NCBI GenBank assembly: GCA_000165425.1
Contig: CT868019.1
Location: 372,001 to 436,000, forward strand
Reading direction: 5' to 3'
From: Paramecium tetraurelia
Taxonomy: Eukaryota
Length of the DNA stretch: 64,000 bases
In this document: positions 15,588 to 28,838 of the stretch, one piece after another
Layout: every line of letters starts with the position of its first letter
Position numbering within the stretch: the stretch's first letter is position 1
Made by a program: the position numbers and the translations under genes
Notes under the pieces: generated by a model
What the model was told of the DNA's origin: nothing
What the model saw: the letters and a program-made list of their open reading frames with translations, nothing else
Databases searched by the model: none

Positions 15588-16273
15588 ATGAAAAGATAAA
15601 TATTAAATGAACATTTACAAATGAAAAAGAACAAGAGTTGTTAAATTTCCAGATCCTAACAGAATGAATTTTCACTAGAAAGAATACAAAGTATATCGTA
15701 GAACAAAAGAAGTTCTGATAAAGGGTCTATGTAAATTGTTGAGATGTGGAGCAAGAAGATGAAAAAACAATGTGACAGTTATTTAGAGGTGCTCAAATAG
15801 AAACAATAACAAGAGATGTATTATTATATTTCAATTATACAAAAGAATGAAATTGAATCATGTTCCACCAATAATGTTGAAGAATATCGATGTCATGAAA
15901 CGCAGCGATAAAACCACTCTTCCAAGATCAAGGATTACATCTTTCAATTAGCAGGACCCAAATTTAAGATCCCATAAGGAAGTCATTCAGAAAAATGAAG
16001 ATCCAATTGGAACTTCAATTTTTAGCAATTCTGGGAGGTCAAATGCCTAACCTTTCTTTTTCTAAAGGCTTAAACTATCACCAATTCGAGAAGTTCAAAA
16101 TTGCATCGATTAATGTGATACTCTTCTCCAAGATGTCTAAAGTATTAGTAAGTAAATGATATAAATTACAATAGGGAGTTTTATTAGCCTAAACAAGATA
16201 GGTTTAAATTGTATGCCTAAAAAAGATAAAAAGAGAAACTCAAGGAAATGTTTTTATTAAGAAGATTATAGTG
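15588..16273 (+). CDS. Hypothetical protein
   Basis: Table-6 ORF joined by two short GT-AG introns, ending at TGA. Confidence 0.6.
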
Positions 16274-16428
16274 ATTTTATTCCTTTTTATTTATTTGTTT
16301 AATTGTTATTCTTTATTAATCTAAGATCTAAAAGAGAAACAAAGAAATGATTATTGAAATCACTGAAGAAACTATAAAAGAAACATTGTTATTTAATTTA
16401 CAATAAAAATTATCGTAATTAATTATTA

Positions 16429-17286
16429 TCACAACTTGAATCCAAAATGTACAGCTACAACTCCATCCATATAATTCTTAAATCCTGCATATCTAAAACC
16501 AGCTTCCTCAATTATTTTTAATAACTCTTATTGACTATGGAATTTTTCAATACTCTCTACTAAATATTAATAGGAATGTCGATCATTAGCCACTAATTAT
16601 CCCATTGCGGGAATAAAACTGAATTAATAAAATTAATTGGCTAGAGATAAAATAGGATTCTGAACTTTGCTAAATTCTAAACATTAGAATTTTCCTCCTT
16701 ATTTCAACACTCGATGAGCTTCTCCAACTGCTTTTGGAATTCTGGGTACATTTCTGATTCCAAAAGCAATCGTATAAGCATCAAAAGTATTAGGTTCAAA
16801 TGGTAATTCTTCAGCATTTGCACATACAAAATCAATTTCTATATTTCTCATATAACAATAATACAATTTTAGTATCCTAACTCATTTGCTCTTTTTTATC
16901 CTACATCTAGCATGGATTAATTGATATCCAAAACTGTAATTTTCAGATTTTCATTAAACAAATTTATTTCCCTTATGCTTTTCAAGAATACGAAATGCTA
17001 TGTCTCCAGTTCCACCTGCAACATCTAAGACTCTAATTTATTAATCTCCATTTTTCAATTGTCCAAGTTCTTCAACAAAAGAATTCTTCCAACATCTATG
17101 TAGTCCAACACTCATTAAATCATTCATCAAATCATAACTATCTCAAACCAACAAATACTTATTTGCAACATTATGAAACACCTAATTTACATGTTCTTAT
17201 TTTTCTTCAAGTTTAACCTTTTTGAATCCAAAATTAGCTTCTTGACAAAATGTAAATACTCTCAATTTAAATAGTTATTTTATCAT
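16429..17286 (-). CDS. COQ5: Ubiquinone biosynthesis methyltransferase (UbiE/COQ5)
   Basis: [62 protein letters not shown]. Confidence 0.95.
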
Positions 17287-17925
17287 AAATAAAATATTAT
17301 ATACAAAATATCTACTTTTCTGTCTAATTAAATGCTCAACATATTTACACAATGAAGAGATACAATGTTTCTCTCAATTTATTATTCGATTTTCTTGATA
17401 TGTGAATATCATTTTTTTGAGCAATCAATTATTTTATTAATGATAATTTATCAAAATCTATATATTTTATCAATAAAATTCTTAGAGTTGTGAATTAGAC
17501 TTAGCATGGAAGAGAGATTTAAGGAAAAAATAATTATTTTTATTAATTTAATTAGTAAACGATTCCCATATATTATTTTTTTAAGTTTTTGAAGTATTAT
17601 ATGAATAATTCAATTATAATATTTTAAGCAGTGTGGCAATGAGGGTTATTTTCGAGAATGACAGCTCAAATTCCCAACACATGCAACATTAAATATAAGC
17701 TTCCCATAATTATACGAAAATTCATCTTTGTATAAATATAATAAGCTGAGATAAAAACTATTTTTATGAAGTAACTCTAATTAATTTAGAGTCTTTATTT
17801 CTTTTGACGGATTTTGAAAATGAAGGCTCTAGAAAGAGAATATAAGGATTTGAATTTATAAAAAACAAACATTAGGTATAATGATAATAACTAAGAAAAA
17901 TATTATAGATCAACATACTAATCTC

Positions 17926-18753
17926 TCAATTTATTAGTTTCTTTTCTTCTTTTATTTTATAAGCAGCCTCTAACTATTCAAATATATCATCAAAATTTTC
18001 ATCCACTTAAATAGGTTTTGGTGATGGTTCATATTGAACTTCATCATTGAAACGAACAGTAAGTTCCTTTTTAACAGATTTGACTTAGGATTGTTGTGTA
18101 TTTTATTTTTTTAGAGATAATTTTAAAGGTTTTTTTTGTGAAACAGTAGTAGAGTTGTTTTGTTATGGATCTGGTTAACTCAAGTTCTGATCATGTTATA
18201 TTATGTTTTGCTAATGCTGTTCTTCTTAGATTACTGAATTATTGGCAATGGTCTCACTAAAGGTTTAATTGATGGTCTGATCATTTATCGGTTATTCTCC
18301 TAATGGATTAAGTACGAAATGCCAGGGGATTAGACCTTTGTGAGCCTTTCTGAGGAATTATAGGTGAGTCTTGAAGTAAGTACAAATATTACTTAAACAC
18401 TATTATTCCCTCCAAATTTTTATAATCTATTTGTAAAATAGTCAAAGTCATATTTAGGCATTATTTGATAATGCCATTCTTCTATGACATGCATGTATTT
18501 GTTTAGTTCGTCTAGTTCATCATTGCCAAACCGATAGTCTTTACATAAATTATAGAGGTAAACGACTCCTTTCTAGGGATCTGTAATTTATTCAGGTTTC
18601 AATCGGAATTATTAAGTTTTCTTTTTCTTCTTTTGATTTGGTAATATTTTAAGCATTTTCGTCTTCTTAATCTTTTTTATTTTCCTCTTCTTCATTTCTT
18701 GGAGATCTGTTCTCGAGATCCTAATCCTCGTTTTCTTCTTAATTATAGCTCAT
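17926..18753 (-). CDS. Tipin/Swi3/Csm3-like replication fork protection protein
   Basis: RLKPEQITDPQKGV..ELDELNKYMHVIEEWHYQIMPKYDFDYFTNRLQKFG matches the Swi3 domain pattern. Confidence 0.7.
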
Positions 18754-18926
18754 TTATATTAATCAAGGGAATTTAAACTAAAACTTAAATAATCTTAAAT
18801 AGAGAGTTATTTTAATAGCTATCTTAAAAGATAATGAAGAGAAACCATTATTTATTCACAAAGAGCTATAAATAAATATAATCTTGAGAAGCAATAATAA
18901 TATTGACTTATGTTGATATAACATTT

Positions 18927-20128
18927 TCATTTTTAATCTTGTAGAATTTAGAAATATTTATGATCTAATGCTTTTAAAACTGTTACTCCGAGTTAATGAC
19001 ATTGGCGTATTTACTATTATTCATTTGTGTATTTTTCATGAACAATCATATCTATTGGATCAATAACATAATTGAGGTTTTCAGTCTTAATCAAGTTTTC
19101 TACTAATGCTTGAGCTTCAAAATGTTTTAAGTTCAATAAATTGGCTAATGAAACCAAAGACATTCTTCTGAAATTAATGATATACTAATTTATATAAAAT
19201 ACGATTTACTTATTTGAGTAATGTATTAATGACTTTTTCTTTTATTTATGAAATGAGTGGAGCTGAGATAACATCTCTTTCCAATTCAATCTAAAAATAT
19301 GATATAATAGTACAATGAGCAATTAAGACTTCTAAATTAATTGAACGAAATCGTAATCTATATAGCAATTCAAAGTCTCCAACACTGAAGGATCTGCATC
19401 AAGTATTCTAATAATGAATGGATTCTATAATATTTCAATGATATCCTTAGGTAATTTTGTGATTAGACTAGCTATTGCGAAATATTTGCTCAGATCAAAA
19501 TAGCTTGTGATAAAGTCCACTGATTCAAGATGATTAGTATCAATTTGTAATAAGTCAATTAAAAAGTTCTTGTAATCCATTCTTACGTAGTTTCTGATGG
19601 CACTCAATAATAACCACTTCTGATATCCTTTGACATCTGAGTCTTTGGGATTGACATTAATAACTTTGTAGTGCATGTAATTATTGCTTAAAATCATGCA
19701 AGTCACCCAGGAATTGGCATAATTTAGTGCTTCTTGGGTCTAATTATTCTCATGGGCCTTGTAATATGCAGCATAAGCTTCAACTAAGTCTCCATATTTC
19801 AAGTATAAGTCTCCTAATTAGATGAAGAGTTCTTTTAAAGCATTTCTATTTTATAAATTTTTGGTTTGGTTGATCTAATTCTTTTTCTCTGAAATGGTCT
19901 TTCGAGCCTAATTCAACTCATCTTTGGAATAAGAAGTTTTTAATTTTTCTGCCAAATTAGCTGCTGCTCTATGAAAAATGAGAATATGTTTTACAAATAA
20001 AGACCATTTTCCTCAAGCTTAGGTATAATTTAAGGAGTCAATAAAGGATAATTCTAGCCCAAAACAAATAGCCTATAAGCAAGGAGGGAATTGGTGTAGA
20101 CTGTTAGTTTAGAAAAATCTAAATTCAT
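18927..20128 (-). CDS. PCI-domain protein, CSN1/Rpn7-like
   Basis: QLGDLYLKYGDLVEAYAAYYKA; C-terminal PCI-like FRRMSLVSLANLL..VENLIKTENLNYVID. Confidence 0.65.
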
Positions 20129-20160
20129 ATATATATTATTTATCTATTTAAAATTAATTA

Positions 20161-23043
20161 TCATATCAAGAATCTAGAATCGATTTTAGACTGATCAGCC
20201 AAATTGCGTTCTCCTACCCATTAACGGAAATTAAATATCCCAGCTGAAATCAAATAAGTTAACATCAATGAAAGGTATGTATTATTGGTGAGAATCATCC
20301 AAAAGTTGAAGATCATAGTATCCGTAATCAAGAAAAAGAATTCATGTCCACAGAAGAACATGGATTTAAATGATTGATCTGGATCTCTGAAGAAAACAGG
20401 CATACTTTGATCTTTGAAATAGTTTTCCTCCAAATCAGCAGGAGGATAATCAAAGAATCTTTGGACAGGCAATTTGTCTCTGACACACTTTGCAAAGTTA
20501 GTTCGAACCTAACATTAGAAATGAGAATACTTAAGTCAAAACATCCTTCAAATAGAATGAGAATGTATCTTTGATGGCTTATACCAAGGCCATATCTAAG
20601 CCATCAGGAACTCCCTGTCTTAAAACTCGACTTAAAATTATAATCATTGAAATACATTTCATTGTAATTCTGATATTGAGCATTGTCAGTTTTTTGTTTG
20701 AGTTCCTGATTGTAGACTTTCTCGTATGCCTCCCTGAATCGCATGGGTAGAAACAACTCAAAGGTTTGAAGATCCACATCATCTGAGTGTTATAAAGACG
20801 ATTCTTGGATGAACCCTCTTTTCTTTCCCTTACCCAATGCTTCATAGTGTAGACAATTGGCAAGATGCTCACTTGAACCCTCAGCATAGCCAATAGGATT
20901 CTCTCCATGTATGTAGTATCCATGTAGGACATCATCCAAAATGAGTATGGAAACATTAGATATTGCACACAAATCTACAAAATCTTCTACGAGGATGGGG
21001 AACCAGATATCAAACAGTTTTTAAATGACTAAAATATTATGAATTGAATTTATACTGATTTAAGCTAATCCAATTGCCATATAGAGAAAAGTACACAAAA
21101 AATATTATAGAACATAATTCTTTGGAATAGTTTTATCCAATGACAAATTAGGTTACTCTTATCCTAGATTAATCCAATTTAATCCTTCCAAAAAGAATCC
21201 TACAAATAGCAATGTCCATTCAACACTTACTATCCTATAGATTTGTAATTCATTGAATTCATTTGCTATCAAGATCATCCTCCAGGCACTTTGTTTTGAT
21301 TAAGCTTATTCGACCATTCTCAACACATTGTTATCTAGTTTCTCTGCCAATTCTCTTGGTCTCAAGACTTCAGATTTCTCCCAATCTATAAAGAACACTT
21401 GAACATCAGCTTATCTCAGAATCAAATTGAACATTGATATCAATCTACAAGCAAACATCATGTAAAATAGGATCTCAAACGGTCTATAATTATTAGCATA
21501 GTCTGAAAGATCAGGCATCAAGATATAGATGGTCTATTGGAATTTAAAGAAACAAAACAAGTATCCTGTGAAAATGGCCAAATAATAAAAGATTACTTCT
21601 GCCCAAGTGTCTAATAAGACATAAAATGATCTGATGGTCAAATACATACACCAATCATTCTGACCTGTGTAAGAGGGATTCCTCTTAGTCCATACATATA
21701 TACGTATAAACCAAACAATAATAATGAATATGTGAGCAACAATCAACAAGGCTGAAGCCACCGTATAGAAACTGGTTTTAGCTTAATAGTAATAGTGACC
21801 ATATTTAACAGGATAATACTTCTCATTTTCAATGGTAGTAATAGAAATAGGTTCACTATAAATTACATAAAAGTATGGTAGGAAAGTCTTATCATCCTCT
21901 TTTGTAGACAAATAACTAATCAATCTAATAGATTTTGCATAAATGATTTCTGATGGACTCTTTAAATTGTCAACCATAAAGAATCTCCACAAAAACTTAG
22001 TATTGGTATAACCGTACTAATCTTCAGTCTCCCCATTTCCATTGCCATCGTAATCAGCAATCTTTATTGGCACCTAAATGAAACTTCCATCTATATCTTT
22101 TATCCATACTGAATAAAATACTGTTTAATAATTGCTATTCAAATATTTAGTAAAGTCAACATTGCAACTTAAAATAATATTTATAATATATTTACTCATT
22201 TTTGTAAGACACTCCAAAATTAGATGCTAGATCAGTATCTCCGTAACTGGAACTGCACAATTAGAACTAATTCTGAAGAGGCTTTAATTCACTAACACTT
22301 CCATCAATGTAATACTCCATTACATAAAATGGCATTCTGTTAAGACTAGTGGCTCTGTCCTCTTTGAAATTCACCTACATTTAGATAGGAGTGTCTTCTA
22401 TTAATGTTACAGAAGTAACAGTCGTTGAAACTTCATGGATGATGCTTGGCATATTCTTTTTATTTTAAAATGTCAGAACCGCATTATATAAATAAGTAAA
22501 ATCTTTTTCTGTACTCACTGTTGATCGTTTCAAAATGAATAGATTTGCCAACTACTAACAGGATACCATATCATTATAAAGATTGCATCCATCATATGCT
22601 TTAGGTCCCAACACTTGAGATATATCATCCGAAAACACATTTATATATAAGCCAACACAATAATTATCGCTTGCTAATGAAGATGCCGAACATGAGCATT
22701 TCCCACTTACATTTACCTAATTGTTAGGACATTATTAGCAAAGATTTGTAGGGAGGGTAATTGCATGACCAGAACATGAGCAAGCTGAGCCTTACCAAGA
22801 TCCTGTATCACTTACACACAAATTAGTTTCTGCAGGACATGCTGAGTTTACAGGCACTCCATTTATGGTCGAATCACAAATACACTAATAATAATATTCA
22901 AATTTCAATTTTACCTAATTATTTATCAATCCCGTTCCAGCAGGACATGCTTCACATTTTGATGTCAAGGGATTGTAAAATTGTTCAGCTGTTTCGCATA
23001 ACTATCCATTTATTGATTGGATAATGAATAATATAAATAACAT
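20161..23043 (-). CDS. MKS3: Meckelin (TMEM67/MKS3), ciliary transition-zone protein
   Basis: Signal peptide and Cys-rich N-terminus; WRMILIANEFNELQ; GYYIHGENP; C-terminus GERNLADQSKIDSRFLI. Confidence 0.92.
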
Positions 23044-23365
23044 TTTAAATTAATAATATCCCTTTATTAATTAGAAATGAGTATTCCATTGATCACAATA
23101 GAATCCATCTGAATTTGAGAAATTTGTTAATATTCTGAAATCTCAATTTTCATAGTATTATAATAGATTATCACTTGGTACACTTTCAATCTCTAATCCT
23201 TTACGATATGAATAGGATAAAATAAAATAAAATCTAACTAATTATTATTGAAAATTTATTATAATAATGAGATCCTAATTAAGTTCAAATTTAATAATAA
23301 TTATTCGTACACCTATGCATATTATTTTATTTATTTAATTATTATTAACAAATAGATTTAATTTA

Positions 23366-25122
23366 TCAAAAAGCATAGATCATCATTTTATATTCTATAG
23401 AGTTGATTAATTGAGTTTAATTCCCTATTCTTCTTCCGCCATCTTCACCATTCTCAAACCAATAACTGAATCTTCTCTTGTCATTTGGATCCAAGTCATC
23501 ACATAATGTTAGATAAATATCTTCTGTTGGTGAGAATCCAAAGGCAACCGGATAAGCCATATACCAATAAATATCTCCCGATGAGCTTTTCCTTGCATGT
23601 TGCCAATGGTACGTGAATTAAAATATCTCTTATTGATAATCACAACCTACTACCAATAATACCTCTGGATTCTCAACCTTCATTCCGCCAATGCATAATA
23701 TTGTATCATTTTTAATAATACTCTAAATTTCTCTGACTATTTTTCTATTAAATGTTTTGGTAAGTAACTCGTCATAAATGATCACAAAGTTCTCCAATTC
23801 TTTAGAATTTAAATCAACATGAATTTTCCCAACTAATTTTTTGGCAATTTCGTCTCGATTTTGAGTTTCAATTTGTCTATTGTGAATTTTCATTAGATTA
23901 TTAATTAGCTATAATTTATACCATTCGATTGCTTCATAATTTGCACTAATATTCTTATTAACCATACTCAAATCTTCTTCTAATTTCATAACCCTTATTT
24001 ATTAGTAATATAAGACGGATGATGTTCGATTAGTATCTGAAAGTATCTTATCATTCATTTAATTTTATGCTAAAATTTATTAAGTTATTTGTTTGAATCT
24101 ATCTCCTTATAGATTTATTCTTTCAGATAATGAATTATAGACAGTTTCATTATATTGTTTTAATTTTGTATTAAAGTAATTCTTAAACTGATTGTATGGT
24201 GTTTCAGCTTGATTCATTTATTAGTTTATCATATCTATCTGTTCCTGCATTCTATTCATTTATTACTACGCATTACTATTCAACTCCTAACATCCATAAT
24301 TCTCTTTTTTTTCCATTTATCCTTGTAATTCTTTTACAAGAGTTTGAAATTCATCCATCTTTTATTATAATTCACTCCTTCCATTGAAATCTTAATACAT
24401 AATTATGGGATTCAATCCAATGACCAGCAAAATCAAAACTACTGTAGATTTGAATATAAATGAATTTGTTATACTTGGTTATTTTATCAACTACTGCATT
24501 TACTGTTCTAAAAGTTATTATTTTTGTAGATATCTAGAAAATAGAAATTAATTTACTTAGCAATCTATTGATGCAAATCCAAGTCCATCTTCTTGATGTA
24601 ATTGTTCAATTTGCCTTAGAGTTGACTCTTTTTTTGTAAAATATCTTCGGTGTATTAATTTATGGGCTGTGAATAGAGCTTAAGCATAAACACATGGTGT
24701 TGCTACTAATATTCTGTAAATTTATTCATTTCCATAATTTATTCATAAAACTTTTGGATCAACTAATCAATCTCCTTTTCCACATAAGATTTAACTTATT
24801 CTAAAAATTCTTTTGGATTATTTTAATAGCCTTCGATAATTTAAAACTTCTCCTTCTTAAAATCATTGAGTGTTGTAATGATTTGATTCAAAAAAGTAAT
24901 TCTTTCTTTTTTCTTTTTATCGACTTCTTACATTATCAAATTTATTTTCTTGAAATCGTCAAGATGATTGACAAAATTATTATTGTTTTGTCGATGGATT
25001 TTGGTGATGCACTCATAACAGTGAAGTTATTTTCTATTAGAATTGCAGCATTGATCATTCATACAAATATATTCTTCCTTGTTTTATGTAATTGAGCAAG
25101 TCTTAACAAATTCGTTGTTCAT
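23366..25122 (-). CDS. Hypothetical membrane protein: Cys/His N-terminal module, TM helix, coiled coil and a C-terminal globular domain
   Basis: Continuous frame with a 23-nt intron at about 24535-24557; TM STVVLILLVIGLNPIIMY; C-terminal YWYMAYPVAFGFSP..RRFSYW..GGRRIG. Confidence 0.7.
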
Positions 25123-25478
25123 AACTATTTAAACTTAAAATAATAAATATCCCTAAATTAAGTAAATAATATTATTTAAATCACTCTCATCAAGCTCAAG
25201 ATCAGCTTATCCAAGACAAATCAAGGTCTCCATTGCGATAGCGAAAAGGCAAATTTTTAAGTTATTCTATCTGTTTTTATCTTACTAATTAAGCAATTAA
25301 TATCTTAATTAATCGATTTATGAATGTAACTACTAAGAGATGACAAAAATTAATTTATAATCACAGTAAACTATAACAGAGTAAGAGTGTAAATATTATA
25401 TTTGAGACATTATAAATAAAATATTGGCTCAGTCATTTTTGATAACAAAATAATAAACTAGTTATATATTTAAAAATA

Positions 25479-27931
25479 ATGGAAAATAAGATTAAAAAGG
25501 CTAACACTTTTTATGTAGTTAGTCATCGACCATCGAATGAGGGTTTGGTATCTCCTTCGGGAGAATCTATTAAATTTGTATTATAAAGTCCTATTTCAAA
25601 AGAGCCTAAGTATAAAAACAGAATAAACAAAACATCACTTCTTGAATTAAAAAAGTTGTTTTTATCCACATATTCATTAGGTCTAGGAAATTGGCATTAG
25701 AATAATAAATGAAACGATTGAACAATAAGAGAAGATTGATGAGGACTTTTAGAAAAGTATATCTAATAAGCATGTTTCTTTCGATTGCCAAATAAATGGA
25801 CTCCAAAAAATTGAAGGGAAACCATAAAAAGAAGATACAAGAATCACTCATCTATCCAGTAATTTGGGATAAGTATTTTAGCTAAGGAGGATAGGTTTAA
25901 AAAGTTATGGGATATTTTTATGTTGATTGTGTTGATATATTGTTCCTTTTACATCCCTTTTGTGGCAGCTTTTGAAGATGAACAAACTGTCTATAATGTT
26001 AGTAAATGGATATTCTCAATTATATTTTGTAATACATCATCCATATTCCTAGCTGCTGATATCATTATATTGATGAGAATGTGTTACTATGATGAAAATA
26101 ATAATTTAGTTCAAGATTCTATTTCAATAGTCAAGCACTATTTATTTGGCTGGTTTATCATCGATATCATATCAGTGATTCCATTTCAGTACTGCTAATT
26201 AATAAAGGTGTTCAGAGTCAAAAGAGTCCAATAAATAGTAAGTTCTTCTTCTCTGAATTAAAATAAGATGTAACCTTCTATATATTTAATAGCTTGGAGT
26301 TTATGTTTGATTTTTTAGACGTGAAATAAGCAGCCCTATTTTAGATTTTGTTTTTCAGTTTAATTGGATTCCACTATTCTACTTGTCTCTGGGCTTTATC
26401 AAGGTAATGGTCAGATCAAGGCATACCTCAATATATCGATGCTATTTACTGGGCTATGTAAACTTTATCTACTACTGGATACGGCGATGTGGCTCCTACA
26501 AGCATGATTGAATACATAAGTACAATTGTTTGCACACTTTGTGGTGGTATATTTATGAGTTTGGTGATTGGCAATTTGAGTTCTATTCTTGCTGATATTG
26601 ACACTGAAAGTTAATTTAATACGACATTAAACAACCTAAAGATCTTATTTAATTAAGTCACTATACTTCCTGATTATAAATCAGAAATAACCAATTTTAT
26701 AGTTACTAATCATAAACACAATTTGAGTTGGTCTGTGAATTAAGAAGAATGGTTCAAGATTCTACCTCAAGATCTATAAAATAAGATATTGTTGGCTGTA
26801 GCTAAAAAAGAATTGCTGGGGATCTCTTTATTTAGAATCTCTATTCCCTTCTCATTAAAAGCCATTAGACATATTGGTCTGATGAAGGCTAAAGCAGGAT
26901 AGCTTCTTTGGTTAAAAGGAGATCCAGTAGATGAAATCTATTTTCTTGTTGAAGGAATGGTTCAATATCGAAATTAGTTTGGGAAAGAATTACTGGAAAT
27001 TCAAGCAGGATCAATTTTTGGAGAACAAGAATATTTTAACAGACGATAAATAATTAAAAGATAATAATAGCGTGGTTAATATGCAATAGCAAAGTAGGAT
27101 TGCTATTACTTGATTATTAGGAATTCTCATTTTTTTAAATATTTAAAGGAGTTTCCAGCCTTGTAGAAATATTTGTAAATGCTAGCCGAACATAGATTGG
27201 ATGATATTTTGATTAGATTCAAACAATATGAAATTGAAGCAGAAAAAGAGAGAGCTAGTGCTTAGAAATTAGAATTGATCAAATCTGCAAATAGAATAGA
27301 AGTCAGAGATTACAAGGGAATTATGAAACATAAATAAAGTGTGATATATGACACTAGGTAAAGCAATACTGAAAGCATTCTAGAACGCTTATTAAAGAAT
27401 AGGATTACAAAACTCAATATGTTGAAGGATAGGTTTAGAAAGGTTGTCTAAATGATCATATTTGCTAATAGAACCTTAGAAAAACAATATTTGTCATCTA
27501 AAGCAACATCAGTTCAAAATTCATAGTCGAATCTTTTTGCAAGAAAGGTCAAAGCCAATCAAGTTGTACCTATGGGCATCTTATTGAAAATGAGATAAAA
27601 GTTCATAGAAATCAAACAGCATAAGAAGATTTCTTTAGAAAGGAGAAATGAATTCAAAAGAGTATTTTAAGGATTATTCTAAAATAAAATTGATCTAACT
27701 AATTCATTACCCAAAAGTGATAGTTAAGAATTTCAGGAAAAAAAGAAGAATGTAATATCAATTCGCAATCCTTCTTAAAAACTAGATGAATTTTTTACAT
27801 AAATGAAAACATTAGAAAGAAATCTCAATTTAGCATAGTGGGCAATTCATGAAAGCTAAAAGGATTTGGAGAAGGAACTATAGAGTATAAACAGATTGTT
27901 TGATAAATAAGACTTCACCAAATTGATTTGA
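25479..27931 (+). CDS. EAG/CNG-family K+ channel (channel 2)
   Basis: Pore IYWAMQTLSTTGYGD; CNBD KGDPVDEIYFLVEG..GSIFGE. Confidence 0.92.
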
Positions 27932-27961
27932 ATTAATAGATAATACTTTCCCTTATTGTAA

Positions 27962-28720
27962 TCAATAATTATAAGAATAAAACACATTACTACTCACTTT
28001 TTTATAATTTAAATCAAATTATTTATCTGTTTCAAATATTAGTCGTTTTAACTACTCCAAAGATTCCTTTAGTATTGTATATAAATTGCCTTCCTGCTTA
28101 TGTTGTGAATTGACACTAGAATTAATCTTGATCAAAGCTTGCAAGTCATCAAATTCTTTTTAGCATGAATACTCTAACAATTTAAAACATTTTGAAAGTG
28201 ACTTACTCAAACTCTAGATTTATTGGTCAATTTCTTAACCTAAAGTGATAAGATTGCTAGACTATAAGAAACTGAAGGAAGTCTGCAATTAATTCACCTA
28301 CTATTTTAGTTATTAGTTTTCCTAAACTATTTTTGAGCAATATTGTTCTAATTATTCCATTTCAATTGAAATTTATTGATATTTTTCTAACTATAATTTC
28401 AAATATTCATTTTCTTTGTTTAACTCATTAATCTTGTATTCTTATTCTTTTATTTTGCCATCCTTTGAAGTTATTTAGGACAACAATTTTGTTTTCTCTT
28501 TCGATATTGTTGACAATATTTTTGAACTTTGAAATTGCGATTGCAAATGAGTTTCTATATTTTTGACTTATTCATTTGGATTCTTGGCTTTGATGAACAT
28601 TTGGTTAATCTTATCGTTGATTTCCTATAATTTGTTTTTGACAGGAGAAGGAGGAGATGTTTGCTTAATCAATTAAGCATTTAAGGTAATATGAGCGGAG
28701 GTTGATCTTTTTGGTTTCAT
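27962..28720 (-). CDS. Hypothetical coiled-coil protein
   Basis: Table-6 ORF MKPKRSTSAH..., rich in Q/E/K heptads; stop position approximate. Confidence 0.65.
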
Positions 28721-28838
28721 AATTTAAATAAATTATTTTTATCATTTAAAACTAAATTTATAAAATATTAACGATCATCTAATTTATTAAGAAGCCATAT
28801 AACTAAGTTTTCTTTTGATATATTGTATATTGATATTA

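Noticed and set aside
25180..25270. Slightly GC-richer intergenic stretch with GCCTTTT and TGATGA/CTGA-like words on the - strand (possible snRNA or snoRNA)
   Set aside because: The U5 loop match is imperfect, the box order and terminal stem are unconvincing, and a covariance-model search would be needed
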